DNA of 64,000 nt, from contig JAWCLG010000002.1 of assembly GCA_038851075.1 (NCBI GenBank), positions 32,001 to 96,000 of the forward strand, read 5' to 3'. The notes under the pieces are model-generated. The model was given only the letters and a program-made list of their open reading frames with translations, was not told the origin of the DNA and did not search any database. Below, piece after piece: positions 29,451-37,792 of this stretch. This stretch comes from Candidatus Hadarchaeales archaeon. Its GTDB lineage: Archaea > Hadarchaeota > Hadarchaeia > Hadarchaeales > Hadarchaeaceae. Positions within the stretch are counted from its first letter, which is position 1, and each line of letters opens with the position of its first letter. The position numbers and the translations under genes are program-made.

Positions 29451-30346
29451 CTGACCCACTCTCTTGCCCCGAGAGGCACCGAACAGCACACGTTCATCAC
29501 GCCGATCCTTATCCCCATCCCAGATGCCTGCTCAACAGTCTGTCTGCTTGGAATCTCCATCCTGTCCACCCCTGCCATTAGGGCTTCCCGCTCGTATTCC
29601 TCTCTATAAATTCCTTTGGGCCTCATGCAACCTAGAGAGATCTCTCCAGATATTAGCCCCCTTGCCCTGGCAATCACCTCTCCGACTGATTTTGGATCTG
29701 GGGGACATACATCGTGCAGAGCTGTATCCTGAGCGGGCACGAAAATCAGAAAAACGATGACCTCAGGATCTGCCTCCGCTGCTATATCTACCGCTCTTTC
29801 CCCAAGCAGCTCCCCTCCATGCGCGCCTATACATACGTGGGGGACCACATGAGGGATGTGTCTGCGAAGATCGTTCATGACCCTCATGTAGTCTTTTGGA
29901 GTCCTGTCAAGCCCTGTCATGAGTTTTATTGTCCTGCAATCTCCAAAGAGTTCAAAGTCCACCAGATCTATACCCGCCCTGCCAAGCTCCCTCGCCAGCC
30001 AGCTTGGAACAAGTCCGGTGTGCGCCGCCAAGAAAAGGTTTGTTTCCTCCTTTATCCTCTGGATGATATCAAGGTATGAATTCAGCGGCACATATCCATC
30101 TTCATTGCACCCTCCGCTTAACAGAACTCCAAATGCCCCACTGGCCTCCAGATCCAAGCACCTGTCGTATAGATTCTCAGGGGTCAAGCACGGAATCATT
30201 CCCTTCAGGTACCTGCCCCTGCATCGCGCGCACATCAGCTCACAGCTCACGCCTGTTATGGATATCGCTGGAAACCTGTCTCCTGGAAAACTGGCAATGA
30301 AATGTCGCTGCGCAGCCTGCGTTGTTCTCACCTCATCGCGTTCCAC
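29435..30346 (-). CDS. lipS1: Archaeal-type lipoyl synthase subunit LipS1 (radical SAM); start uncertain
   Basis: CELMCARC plus GCMR and C-terminal CC motifs of Thermococcus LipS1. Confidence 0.82.
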   Translation of the reverse strand: MERDEVRTTQAAQRHFIASFPGDRFPAISITGVSCELMCARCRGRYLKGMIPCLTPENLYDRCLDLEASGAFGVLLSGGCNEDGYVPLNSYLDIIQRIKEETNLFLAAHTGLVPSWLARELGRAGIDLVDFELFGDCRTIKLMTGLDRTPKDYMRVMNDLRRHIPHVVPHVCIGAHGGELLGERAVDIAAEADPEVIVFLIFVPAQDTALHDVCPPDPKSVGEVIARARGLISGEISLGCMRPKGIYREEYEREALMAGVDRMEIPSRQTVEQASGMGIRIGVMNVCCSVPLGAREWVRWLKG

Positions 30347-31083
30347 TCAACGGATGCGTATTTCCTCCTCAGCTCCAGCGCAAGCCTTAACTCATCCTCC
30401 ATAATATCCCCGCGGAAAATCTCTGCCTCCATGACCTCCATGAACCCCTGAATCATGTGCTCCCTCACCTCCTTAATGTCAGGCCTTCTTTTGATCTCCC
30501 TTTCCACAGTGGTTACTCTATCGTAAACGCTCTCTATCCCCTTATCCGATATTTTTGCTCCACCGACCCTTAGTACCTCAAACATCCTCCTCACATCTGG
30601 AGAAATGAGTATAGTTCCGTGCTGCAGGACGCTCCCCCACCTCCGCGTCTGCGCGCTCCCAGAGATCTTCCTTCCTTTCACCTGGATGTCGTTTACTGGT
30701 CTGAAATCCGCCTCTACTCCCATCCTCCTGAGGCCGGACACCAGCCCCCCGCAGATGATCTCATAGGACTCTATTATGTCCCTCGGCACGTTCTCCTCAC
30801 TGCACACAAAGCTGTACGTGAGTTCACCTTCGGAATCGTGAAAGACTGCTCCACCGCCTGTGATTCTCCTAACTACCTGCATGTGGTATCTGCCAGCTGC
30901 TTCAAGGTCGACCTCTCTGGCCAAACTCTGGAAAAAACCTATGGAAACAGCGGAGGGGGTCCATGTCCAGAATCTCAGGGTGCTCGGTGACCTTCCATTG
31001 GAGTTGAGCCTGAGCAGTGCTTCATCTATGGCCATGCTCGTGAAGGCATCGTCCCTGCGCATCGGCAAAACCCTAATCCTCAT
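30328..31083 (-). CDS. lplA: Lipoate/octanoate-protein ligase catalytic (N) domain
   Basis: MAIDEALL, RRITGGGAVFHD, ND....RKISGSAQ, LQHGTIL. Confidence 0.93.
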   Translation of the reverse strand: MRIRVLPMRRDDAFTSMAIDEALLRLNSNGRSPSTLRFWTWTPSAVSIGFFQSLAREVDLEAAGRYHMQVVRRITGGGAVFHDSEGELTYSFVCSEENVPRDIIESYEIICGGLVSGLRRMGVEADFRPVNDIQVKGRKISGSAQTRRWGSVLQHGTILISPDVRRMFEVLRVGGAKISDKGIESVYDRVTTVEREIKRRPDIKEVREHMIQGFMEVMEAEIFRGDIMEDELRLALELRRKYASVEWNAMR

Positions 31084-31357
31084 GGCTCCCAGCCGCCCTC
31101 ATCACTGCCTCAACCCAGTGTTCAACGTCAACCATAGGCGTCTTGGCTCCGGTCCTCCCGTAAAATCTCCTCACGGCCTCCCTCACGGCCTCCCTCTCCA
31201 CGGCCACGCCGATAAGTTCTCTCTCCAGCTCGAAAAGCGCCTCCTCAGGGTACATGAAGAAATCCCCGGTGATGGATACACGTGATATTCTGTTTTCCTC
31301 GATGCCCACTTCCACCCTTATCAGTCCCTTCGGGGCCTTGAAATCCGCCCGTCCCAC
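31073..31357 (-). CDS. Lipoate-protein ligase C-terminal accessory domain (split LplA-C / LplB)
   Basis: K...GLIRV......I..V.ITGDFF.YPEEA...LE..L.G; GTG start overlaps permease stop (TAGTG). Confidence 0.88.
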   Translation of the reverse strand: MGRADFKAPKGLIRVEVGIEENRISRVSITGDFFMYPEEALFELERELIGVAVEREAVREAVRRFYGRTGAKTPMVDVEHWVEAVMRAAGSHED

Positions 31358-32139
31358 TACTTCCACCTCGTGAGTATTTCCTCCCTTCTGAAGGTCACCT
31401 TGCTCAGGAAAAAGAGCCCAGCATCCGCTAGCCCCAGCGCCGCCGCAAAGAGTCCGAGCGAGAGCGGGTTGAGGGAAATCGAACCAATCATGTACATCAT
31501 GTAGAATGCGATGAACGGCAAAATCGGGATGGAGCCGATCTGCATTGCCGCCCTGACATCGCTCACCTTGGACGAAACGAAAACGCAGAACGAAACTGAA
31601 AGGAGGGCCATCAGCGGGCAGTAGACGCAAAGCACAGCTATGGAGAGGAGATTGGGCAGAAGCAGGTGCCCCAACGCCTGAAACGTGAGCACATCCACCA
31701 CGACTGTGAGGCAGACGAAGGAGAAAACCGTGGCGAGCATTGCCGGAATGAAGGCACCCAGCATCTTCCCGGCGAGAATTTCCAAATCCGTGGCTGGGGT
31801 CGCCAGGAGCGGCTCCAGCTGCCTGTTGACCTTCTCCCCCACGAAGGTGTAGGATGCTATAACTGAAGGCACCATGACCGGGATGACCATGAAAAGCAGG
31901 AGAGTCATGTTGACCATTGCCATTACCATTGCCTCTCTGTACGGAACACCTGCTGGGGCAAACGGCGGGAGCTCTTCACTGAGTGGCAACTCCATGTTCA
32001 AAACGGGATAGATGTACACGATCGGCAGGACAACGGAAAGCACAAGCGGCAGCACGACCATGCCGTAAATCACATATCTGTGTTTCCTCGCGCTCGCCAT
32101 GTCCTTCTTCGCTATTTCCCAGACCCTATCTCTCCTCAT
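31357..32139 (-). CDS. ABC-2 type transporter permease
   Basis: SYTFVGEK..RQLEPLLATP.TD.EIL.GK motif; six TM segments. Confidence 0.88.
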   Translation of the reverse strand: MRRDRVWEIAKKDMASARKHRYVIYGMVVLPLVLSVVLPIVYIYPVLNMELPLSEELPPFAPAGVPYREAMVMAMVNMTLLLFMVIPVMVPSVIASYTFVGEKVNRQLEPLLATPATDLEILAGKMLGAFIPAMLATVFSFVCLTVVVDVLTFQALGHLLLPNLLSIAVLCVYCPLMALLSVSFCVFVSSKVSDVRAAMQIGSIPILPFIAFYMMYMIGSISLNPLSLGLFAAALGLADAGLFFLSKVTFRREEILTRWK

Positions 32140-33049
32140 TCCTTCCCACCAGCCTGAGGTAGACCTCCTCCAGGACGTTCGGCGGCCTCGTGACATACCT
32201 TATCCTCCCGCCCGCCCCCACCACAGCGCTGACTATGGAAGGATTCACCCTGTCCGGATCCTCCACCTCCACAAGCAGCCTGTTTCCCTCTGCGCTCACC
32301 CTCCCCACGCCCCTGACCCTCTTCAGCGCCCCCACGAACCTCCTGGCCGGACCTTCCAGATGTATCTCCGTTTTGGACCTCCCAAACTGACGCTCCAGCT
32401 CCCTCGTGGAACCAACCGCCACCAGCCTCGTGTTCAGTATTGCCACGCGATCGCATAGTCTCTCGGCCTCGTATAGGTTGTGAGTACACATCATTATCGT
32501 TCTCCTCTCCCGCTTCAGCTCCTGCACGAAATCCCTGACTATCTTCGCAGCATCAGGCGAGAGCGAGGCTGTGGGCTCGTCTAGGAACAGCACCTCGGGC
32601 TCGTGAACCATTGCCCTTATGATCGCTATCTTCTGCTGCATGCCCTTAGAAAACCTCCCCACCGGCTCATCCCTCCTTCCCCACAGCCCGACCATCCTGA
32701 GCAGCTCCTCTATGCGCCTCCTTCTTTTGGCCTCCGGCACGCCGTACATCCTGGCGTAGAAATCTAGGTTTCTGTACGCGCTAAGCTCCGGGTACAGCCC
32801 GGGGTTCTCTGGAAGGAGCCCGATGATCTCCCTTATCCTCATCGACTCCATCCCTATTTCATGTCCGCCGACAAACGCCGTCCCGGATGTGGGCCTCAGC
32901 AGGCAGCAGAGCATCCTTACAGTGGTTGTCTTCCCGGCGCCGTTAGGGCCCAGAAGCCCGAATATCTCCCCCCTCCTCACCTGCAGCGTGAGATCCTCAA
33001 CTGCGGTCGTGCCGTCATATCTCTTGGTGAGACCCGCAAGTTCGACCAT
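32126..33049 (-). CDS. ABC transporter ATP-binding protein
   Basis: GPNGAGKTT, FSKGMQQK, LDEPT, THNL. Confidence 0.94.
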   Translation of the reverse strand: MVELAGLTKRYDGTTAVEDLTLQVRRGEIFGLLGPNGAGKTTTVRMLCCLLRPTSGTAFVGGHEIGMESMRIREIIGLLPENPGLYPELSAYRNLDFYARMYGVPEAKRRRRIEELLRMVGLWGRRDEPVGRFSKGMQQKIAIIRAMVHEPEVLFLDEPTASLSPDAAKIVRDFVQELKRERRTIMMCTHNLYEAERLCDRVAILNTRLVAVGSTRELERQFGRSKTEIHLEGPARRFVGALKRVRGVGRVSAEGNRLLVEVEDPDRVNPSIVSAVVGAGGRIRYVTRPPNVLEEVYLRLVGRNEER

Positions 33050-33576
33050 CACTTCAGCTTTTCCAGCCAAGCGCTCACCATCCCCTCGTTCCTGTCGCAC
33101 AGTATGATTTTCTTCAGGGCCTTTGGCCTGAACCCCCTAACCGCGGAGATCATTGCCTCAGCGGCAGAGGCAAACGAAAGCCCACCGACCCCTGTGCCCA
33201 TTCCAGGGAACACAATGCTTTCCGCCCCGACCTCATCCGCACACCTCAGCGCGGCCAGGACAGCCATTCTCACCTTCTCCTGGGTTGTGGGCATCGCTGG
33301 CCTCTCCATGGTTGGAGCGTGTATCACCCATCTTGCGGTGAGCCTGCCCGCGGTTGTCGCAATCGCCCTGCCGACCGGAACCGGAGCATGCCTGAGCGCC
33401 TCCTTTTCTATAACCTCCCCACCCGCCCTCTTCAGTGCCCCGGCGGCACCGCCCCCCATGTACATCAGGCTATTCGCGGGGTTACATATCGCGTCCGCCT
33501 TCATTCCCGTAATATCTCCGGTGGTCGTTTCCACCGCAAATACGCCAATCCTGCACTTTTTCACGCCACTCATCAT
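33049..33576 (-). CDS. Macro domain (ADP-ribose binding/hydrolase) protein
   Basis: GDIT....DAI.NPANS...MGGG.AGAL, VIHAPTM, FPGMGTGVGG. Confidence 0.93.
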   Translation of the reverse strand: MMSGVKKCRIGVFAVETTTGDITGMKADAICNPANSLMYMGGGAAGALKRAGGEVIEKEALRHAPVPVGRAIATTAGRLTARWVIHAPTMERPAMPTTQEKVRMAVLAALRCADEVGAESIVFPGMGTGVGGLSFASAAEAMISAVRGFRPKALKKIILCDRNEGMVSAWLEKLK

Positions 33577-33635
33577 TCTTTACCTAAAGCGTTCATAATT
33601 TTATTCTCACGCCCGATAGTACTCTTGGTGAAAAA

Positions 33636-33977
33636 ATGAAAACGAGACTGAAAACGGTGCTTTTTGACTTTATCTTCGGCGGTCTCCTGGTTGCCGGCGC
33701 TCTGCTAGTGGCCGCGTTTCTCGGACCATCTGCCGGAGGCATCCTAGCCGGAGCTCCGATAAGAACAAGCGGAGTGATTCTATTGCAGTATCTCCACAAA
33801 GGACTGGAGTCAGCCGCGGAACTCACGAGGGGAGTGCTTCTAGCTATGATTGCAAACGTTGCATTCGCCCTCGTACTTTATCTAACGATGCCGAGATACG
33901 GGATAGTTGCCGGGTTTGCTGCTTCAGGGATTACATTTGCGGTTGCCGTGTCCGCGCTCAACATGCTGGTTCCGTGA
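33636..33977 (+). CDS. Small four-TM membrane protein (DUF3147/GlpM-like)
   Basis: F..GG.LVA, GGILAG.P pattern; hydrophobic throughout. Confidence 0.6.
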   Translation: MKTRLKTVLFDFIFGGLLVAGALLVAAFLGPSAGGILAGAPIRTSGVILLQYLHKGLESAAELTRGVLLAMIANVAFALVLYLTMPRYGIVAGFAASGITFAVAVSALNMLVP

Positions 33978-33986
33978 CCAAGCTCA

Positions 33987-34808
33987 CTAGCGCCCCCCCA
34001 TAATGGCGCGGAGAAGCTTTGCAGAGATGCCCTCAAGCGGGCTACCTTCATAAGAGCGTGATTTTAGATCCACCTCTCCAACAACCAGCTTCGCCAAATC
34101 GTTCACCACCCGTGACGCTTCGCAATCAGGGTCGTACACGATGAATGGCACACCTTCATGTTCAGCTTCTTGCACTCTTTGGTCCTCAGGAATCTCGGCG
34201 ATTACCGGTACATCTCCGACCGCTCTCAACATGAATCCTTCTATTTCCTGCCGCGTGAGTTCGGATCTTCCAGTGGTTCGATTTATGACTATGCCTCTGG
34301 TCCAGGTCCCGAGCAGGTTTGCCATTCTGATTATTTTATGTCCGTCCACCATACTCGTATATGTTGGATTCAGCACGGGAATCATTTCCTTGGCTGCGGC
34401 CATTGATATTATCGTGTCCTCACCTATCCCACCGGGTGCGTCTATGAGAAGAAACTCTGTCTGCTCGAGGAGATCTGTGACTGCCTCTTCAACCTTTTCC
34501 CTTCTGACATTGGAAATGACCTCATTGATGTCGCCGAACCTGAAGCCCATAGGCACGACTTTTATACCATAGTTTTTATAAAGGACATCGCTTACTCTTG
34601 CCCTCCCCATCAACACATCCTGAAAAGATCGGCCTATTTTTGGCATCCCCAGAACTATCGCCAGGTTCGCCATTGTTAAGTCTGCATCGAGAATCGTGAC
34701 ATCTTTTCCCATGGCACCAAGTGCTATGCCCAGATTGGCCGTAATTGTTGTCTTGCCTGTCCCTCCCTTGCCAGAGGTTATTGATATTGAACGTGGTTTG
34801 TGCCTCAC
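33987..34808 (-). CDS. minD: MinD-like ATPase
   Basis: SGKGGTGKTT..ANLG.AL, DADL.MANL, LIDAP.G, IPED..V. Confidence 0.9.
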   Translation of the reverse strand: MRHKPRSISITSGKGGTGKTTITANLGIALGAMGKDVTILDADLTMANLAIVLGMPKIGRSFQDVLMGRARVSDVLYKNYGIKVVPMGFRFGDINEVISNVRREKVEEAVTDLLEQTEFLLIDAPGGIGEDTIISMAAAKEMIPVLNPTYTSMVDGHKIIRMANLLGTWTRGIVINRTTGRSELTRQEIEGFMLRAVGDVPVIAEIPEDQRVQEAEHEGVPFIVYDPDCEASRVVNDLAKLVVGEVDLKSRSYEGSPLEGISAKLLRAIMGGR

Positions 34809-34999
34809 CGTCCTCCCTCTTTTTAATTTGGATAGGGGCTATAAAAAGAGAAAAAAACGAGAATTTTATTGATCGAGCATACCACCGAATGCGACCAAAC
34901 TTGTTGTTATTTCTCACCAATCACCACGACAGAGAATGCTCCCCAGTTAAAACGATCGGATAAAATCGCAAAATTTATTTGCTTTGAAGAACAAACATA

Positions 35000-36130
35000 A
35001 TGATAATGGCTGGAGCGAGGGGTTCTAGAGCGATTTCATCTAGGAAAGGGAGTAAACCCGATCCTGCACGAAGAGTGGCCAGAAGCATAATTGCTTTTAC
35101 ATTTATAATCGTGTGTATTTTCCTTACCCTCCTCATCCTGAATATACGAGGAATCATTGCTCTCAGGGGTTCGGACGTTTCTTTCTCTTTTTATCCATAC
35201 GGTGTGTCTGTCTATGATGTCGTGCAGTTCACCGAAAACCCAAACAATTCTAACAAGGCAATTGTGACACGGATATGGGACTTTGGAGACGGGACAACGT
35301 CAACGGAAAACGCCCCCGTACACCAGTATACCTCTCCTGGAGAGTACACTGTCTCCCTAACACTGATTGATAGTGAAGGCAAACGTGAGACATCTTCAAG
35401 AAAGATATATGTCAGTGGATCGGATTCTTCAAACTGGGTTCTAGTCTGGAGCGACGAGTTTAACGGAAATTCCGTCGATCGGAGCAAGTGGCAATTTGAA
35501 TTGGGCGGGTGGGGATGGGGCAACAACGAATTGCAGTACTACACGAATGGAGGGAATGCTAAAGTCGAAAACGGTTTGTTGATTATCACGGCAAAAAAGG
35601 AGAGAATGGGAAGCTGTAATTATACATCAGCTAGATTAAAAACACAGGGTTTGTTCGATATTCAATATGGCAGGATAGAAGCCAGACTTTCTGTGCCGAT
35701 GGGAGATGGACTGTGGCCTGCCTTCTGGATGCTCGGCAGGAACATTGGATCAGTCGGATGGCCAAAATGTGGAGAGATAGACATCATGGAACACATTAAC
35801 AACGAAACCACAATATATGGCACGATGCACTGGCATTACAACGGTCACGTTTCTTCAGGGGGGCAAGTGCTAAATCTAACTCCAAATTCCTTCCACGTAT
35901 ACGCCGTTGAGTGGGACTCGTCCTCAATAAAGTGGTTCCAAGACGGTGTACAATACTATGAGGTACCGATTCAGAACAGCATGGATAGCACTGAAGAGTT
36001 CCACCAGCCCTTCTTTATTATTTTGAACTTGGCGGTCGGTGGGAACTGGCCTGGCCCCCCCAGCTCAAACACGCCTTTCCCGGCGGAATATAAAATCGAC
36101 TACGTCCGCGTGTTCAAACCTACAAGCTGA
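35000..36130 (+). CDS. Membrane-anchored PKD + GH16 glycoside hydrolase (laminarinase-like)
   Basis: TM anchor, PKD WDFGDG...P.H.Y..PG.YTVSL, GH16 LVWSDEF.G, WPAFWMLG, catalytic EIDIME, ILNLAVGG.W. Confidence 0.92.
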   Translation: MIMAGARGSRAISSRKGSKPDPARRVARSIIAFTFIIVCIFLTLLILNIRGIIALRGSDVSFSFYPYGVSVYDVVQFTENPNNSNKAIVTRIWDFGDGTTSTENAPVHQYTSPGEYTVSLTLIDSEGKRETSSRKIYVSGSDSSNWVLVWSDEFNGNSVDRSKWQFELGGWGWGNNELQYYTNGGNAKVENGLLIITAKKERMGSCNYTSARLKTQGLFDIQYGRIEARLSVPMGDGLWPAFWMLGRNIGSVGWPKCGEIDIMEHINNETTIYGTMHWHYNGHVSSGGQVLNLTPNSFHVYAVEWDSSSIKWFQDGVQYYEVPIQNSMDSTEEFHQPFFIILNLAVGGNWPGPPSSNTPFPAEYKIDYVRVFKPTS

Positions 36131-36133
36131 GCA

Positions 36134-37102
36134 TCAGGCGGTGTGTAGCTTTTCGAAATACTTGCGCACCGGAGCAAACAACTCCGCCAAACCATGTGAA
36201 ACTGCTTCTTTGAGGTCCGCCGGGTGTAGATTGCCCTCTGAGTAAAGTTTTCTCAGCTCTGAAGTCGTTTCTACTTCTATTGTACCACCATACTTCTGCG
36301 GCCTCTCTATCCTAAGCTTCCCCATGCGCTGTAATAATAGGTGTTCTGCGTATTCGATAACCGGGTTTCCATCTATTTTCTTTGGTGGGCAGAAGGCCTT
36401 TCCTATTTTTTCCTTTATCTCGCTAGGAGAATCGTCAACAGCCACAAAATTACCCTTACTGGACGACATCTTATCTGAGCCGTCTATTCCGCGAAGGAGG
36501 GGCATGTGAATGCATACTGGTTTTTTGTGTCCCAATGCCGGTAACTTCTCTCTGGCAATCATGTGAACTTTTCTCTGGTCTTCACCTCCAACCGCTATGT
36601 CGACGTTCAGATGGGCAATGTCCACCGCCTGCATGAGCGGATAAATCACTTGCGCCACGTCGGGATCCTCCATCCTTCTGGCTATTTCTGCCATCGATCT
36701 TCTAGCCCTCAGCAGCGTTGTCTGTGTTGCCATCTTGAATACGTCCATCACGTATTGTCTATCAGTCTGAAATTCAGAGCCCAACTTAAATTCGGTGGTA
36801 CGTGGATCCAACCCCAAACCAATAAAACAACGCTTATTATATTCTGCTATCTTTCTTATTTCATCCAATTCTCCCTTGCCGTTTAAATACGCGTGAAGAT
36901 CTGCCAGAAGAACCGTGACCTTGGCCCCCGCTTTTTGCAAATCCAGTAACTTGAACGCGGTTAAAACGTGCCCGAAATGTATTTTGCCTGATGGCTCATA
37001 ACCGCAGTAAGCTGTGAATCTCCCGGCTGTCAGGTCGGCTAGCTCTTCGGCCGTGATCACCTCAGACGCGCCTTTAATAACTAGCGAGAGCCTTTCGTTC
37101 AA
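36134..37102 (-). CDS. tyrS: Tyrosine--tRNA ligase
   Basis: YCGYEPSGKIHFGH, YPLMQAVDI, GGEDQRK.H, KMSSS, LHPADLK. Confidence 0.96.
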   Translation of the reverse strand: MNERLSLVIKGASEVITAEELADLTAGRFTAYCGYEPSGKIHFGHVLTAFKLLDLQKAGAKVTVLLADLHAYLNGKGELDEIRKIAEYNKRCFIGLGLDPRTTEFKLGSEFQTDRQYVMDVFKMATQTTLLRARRSMAEIARRMEDPDVAQVIYPLMQAVDIAHLNVDIAVGGEDQRKVHMIAREKLPALGHKKPVCIHMPLLRGIDGSDKMSSSKGNFVAVDDSPSEIKEKIGKAFCPPKKIDGNPVIEYAEHLLLQRMGKLRIERPQKYGGTIEVETTSELRKLYSEGNLHPADLKEAVSHGLAELFAPVRKYFEKLHTA

Positions 37103-37151
37103 CCTACCACCATGAAAAAGTCGTTACTATAACTAAAAGTCTACCGCATCG

Positions 37152-37553
37152 CTACTGAACCGACATTTTTCTGCGTCCCCTAGCTTTCCACTGGAGGACC
37201 CTGTCCTTCCACTTTTCAAATTTCTCTGTTTCAAACGAGGGCCCACCCCATTTTAAAATAAAATCTAAAAGACGAAAAAGATCTTCTTTTCTCCTTAACT
37301 CCAATCTATAAAGCCCGCCGCGCGTTACCACTTTACCCGCACCCAAAATTTTTCTAGCGGTTTCCACTGGATAGATCTTCTTAGAGTCTGCGTAAAAGAC
37401 CGGATTGATGTAGCCGTATTTTATTTCTCCTTTTTTAGTTTTTTTTGTTATATTTATTTTATTTACTGTATAAACCCCTTTAAACTCAAGAAATGCTATA
37501 AGCCATCCTATATCATACTCTTTTCCTTTCATTTTATCTAATATATTTATCAT
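37152..37553 (-). CDS. Degenerate single-motif LAGLIDADG homing-endonuclease-like protein
   Basis: WLIAFLEFKGVY resembles W(L/I)AGFxDGEGSF; YINPVF, ILGAGKV, YRLELRRKEDL..LLDF and K.EKW follow the I-CreI-type layout. Confidence 0.6.
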   Translation of the reverse strand: MINILDKMKGKEYDIGWLIAFLEFKGVYTVNKINITKKTKKGEIKYGYINPVFYADSKKIYPVETARKILGAGKVVTRGGLYRLELRRKEDLFRLLDFILKWGGPSFETEKFEKWKDRVLQWKARGRRKMSVQ

Positions 37554-37778
37554 AACTATTTATTAATAATAGATAATTATTCCAGTGGAAACTAAGGGGT
37601 GGCCGTCAAGTGCGGGGAAAAAATTGTTATGTTTTTTTCTTAAAATAAAAAATAAATAGTTTAGAAAACCGAAAAATGGTAATTAAATGTTTGATAACGT
37701 CCAAATTGGTAAAATAAAAAACATGAAAATCAAGGCCAGTCCGGCGACCCCCCTCCCCAAAGTTGGCTTAAGGCAAAC
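37177..37778. promoter_or_regulatory. oriC: Candidate replication origin (ORB elements plus AT-rich unwinding region)
   Basis: TCCAGTGGAAACTAAGGGG (+, 37581-37599), TCCAGTGGAAAGCTAGGGG (-, 37177-37195), mini-ORB TCCAGTGGAAAC (-, 37360-37371); very AT-rich 37617-37733. Confidence 0.7.
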
Positions 37779-37792
37779 TAAACAAACAAAGT

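Noticed and set aside
31170-31205. Tandem 12-nt repeat CTCACGGCCTCC
   Set aside because: Simply encodes the helical repeat EAVR-EAVR in LplA-C
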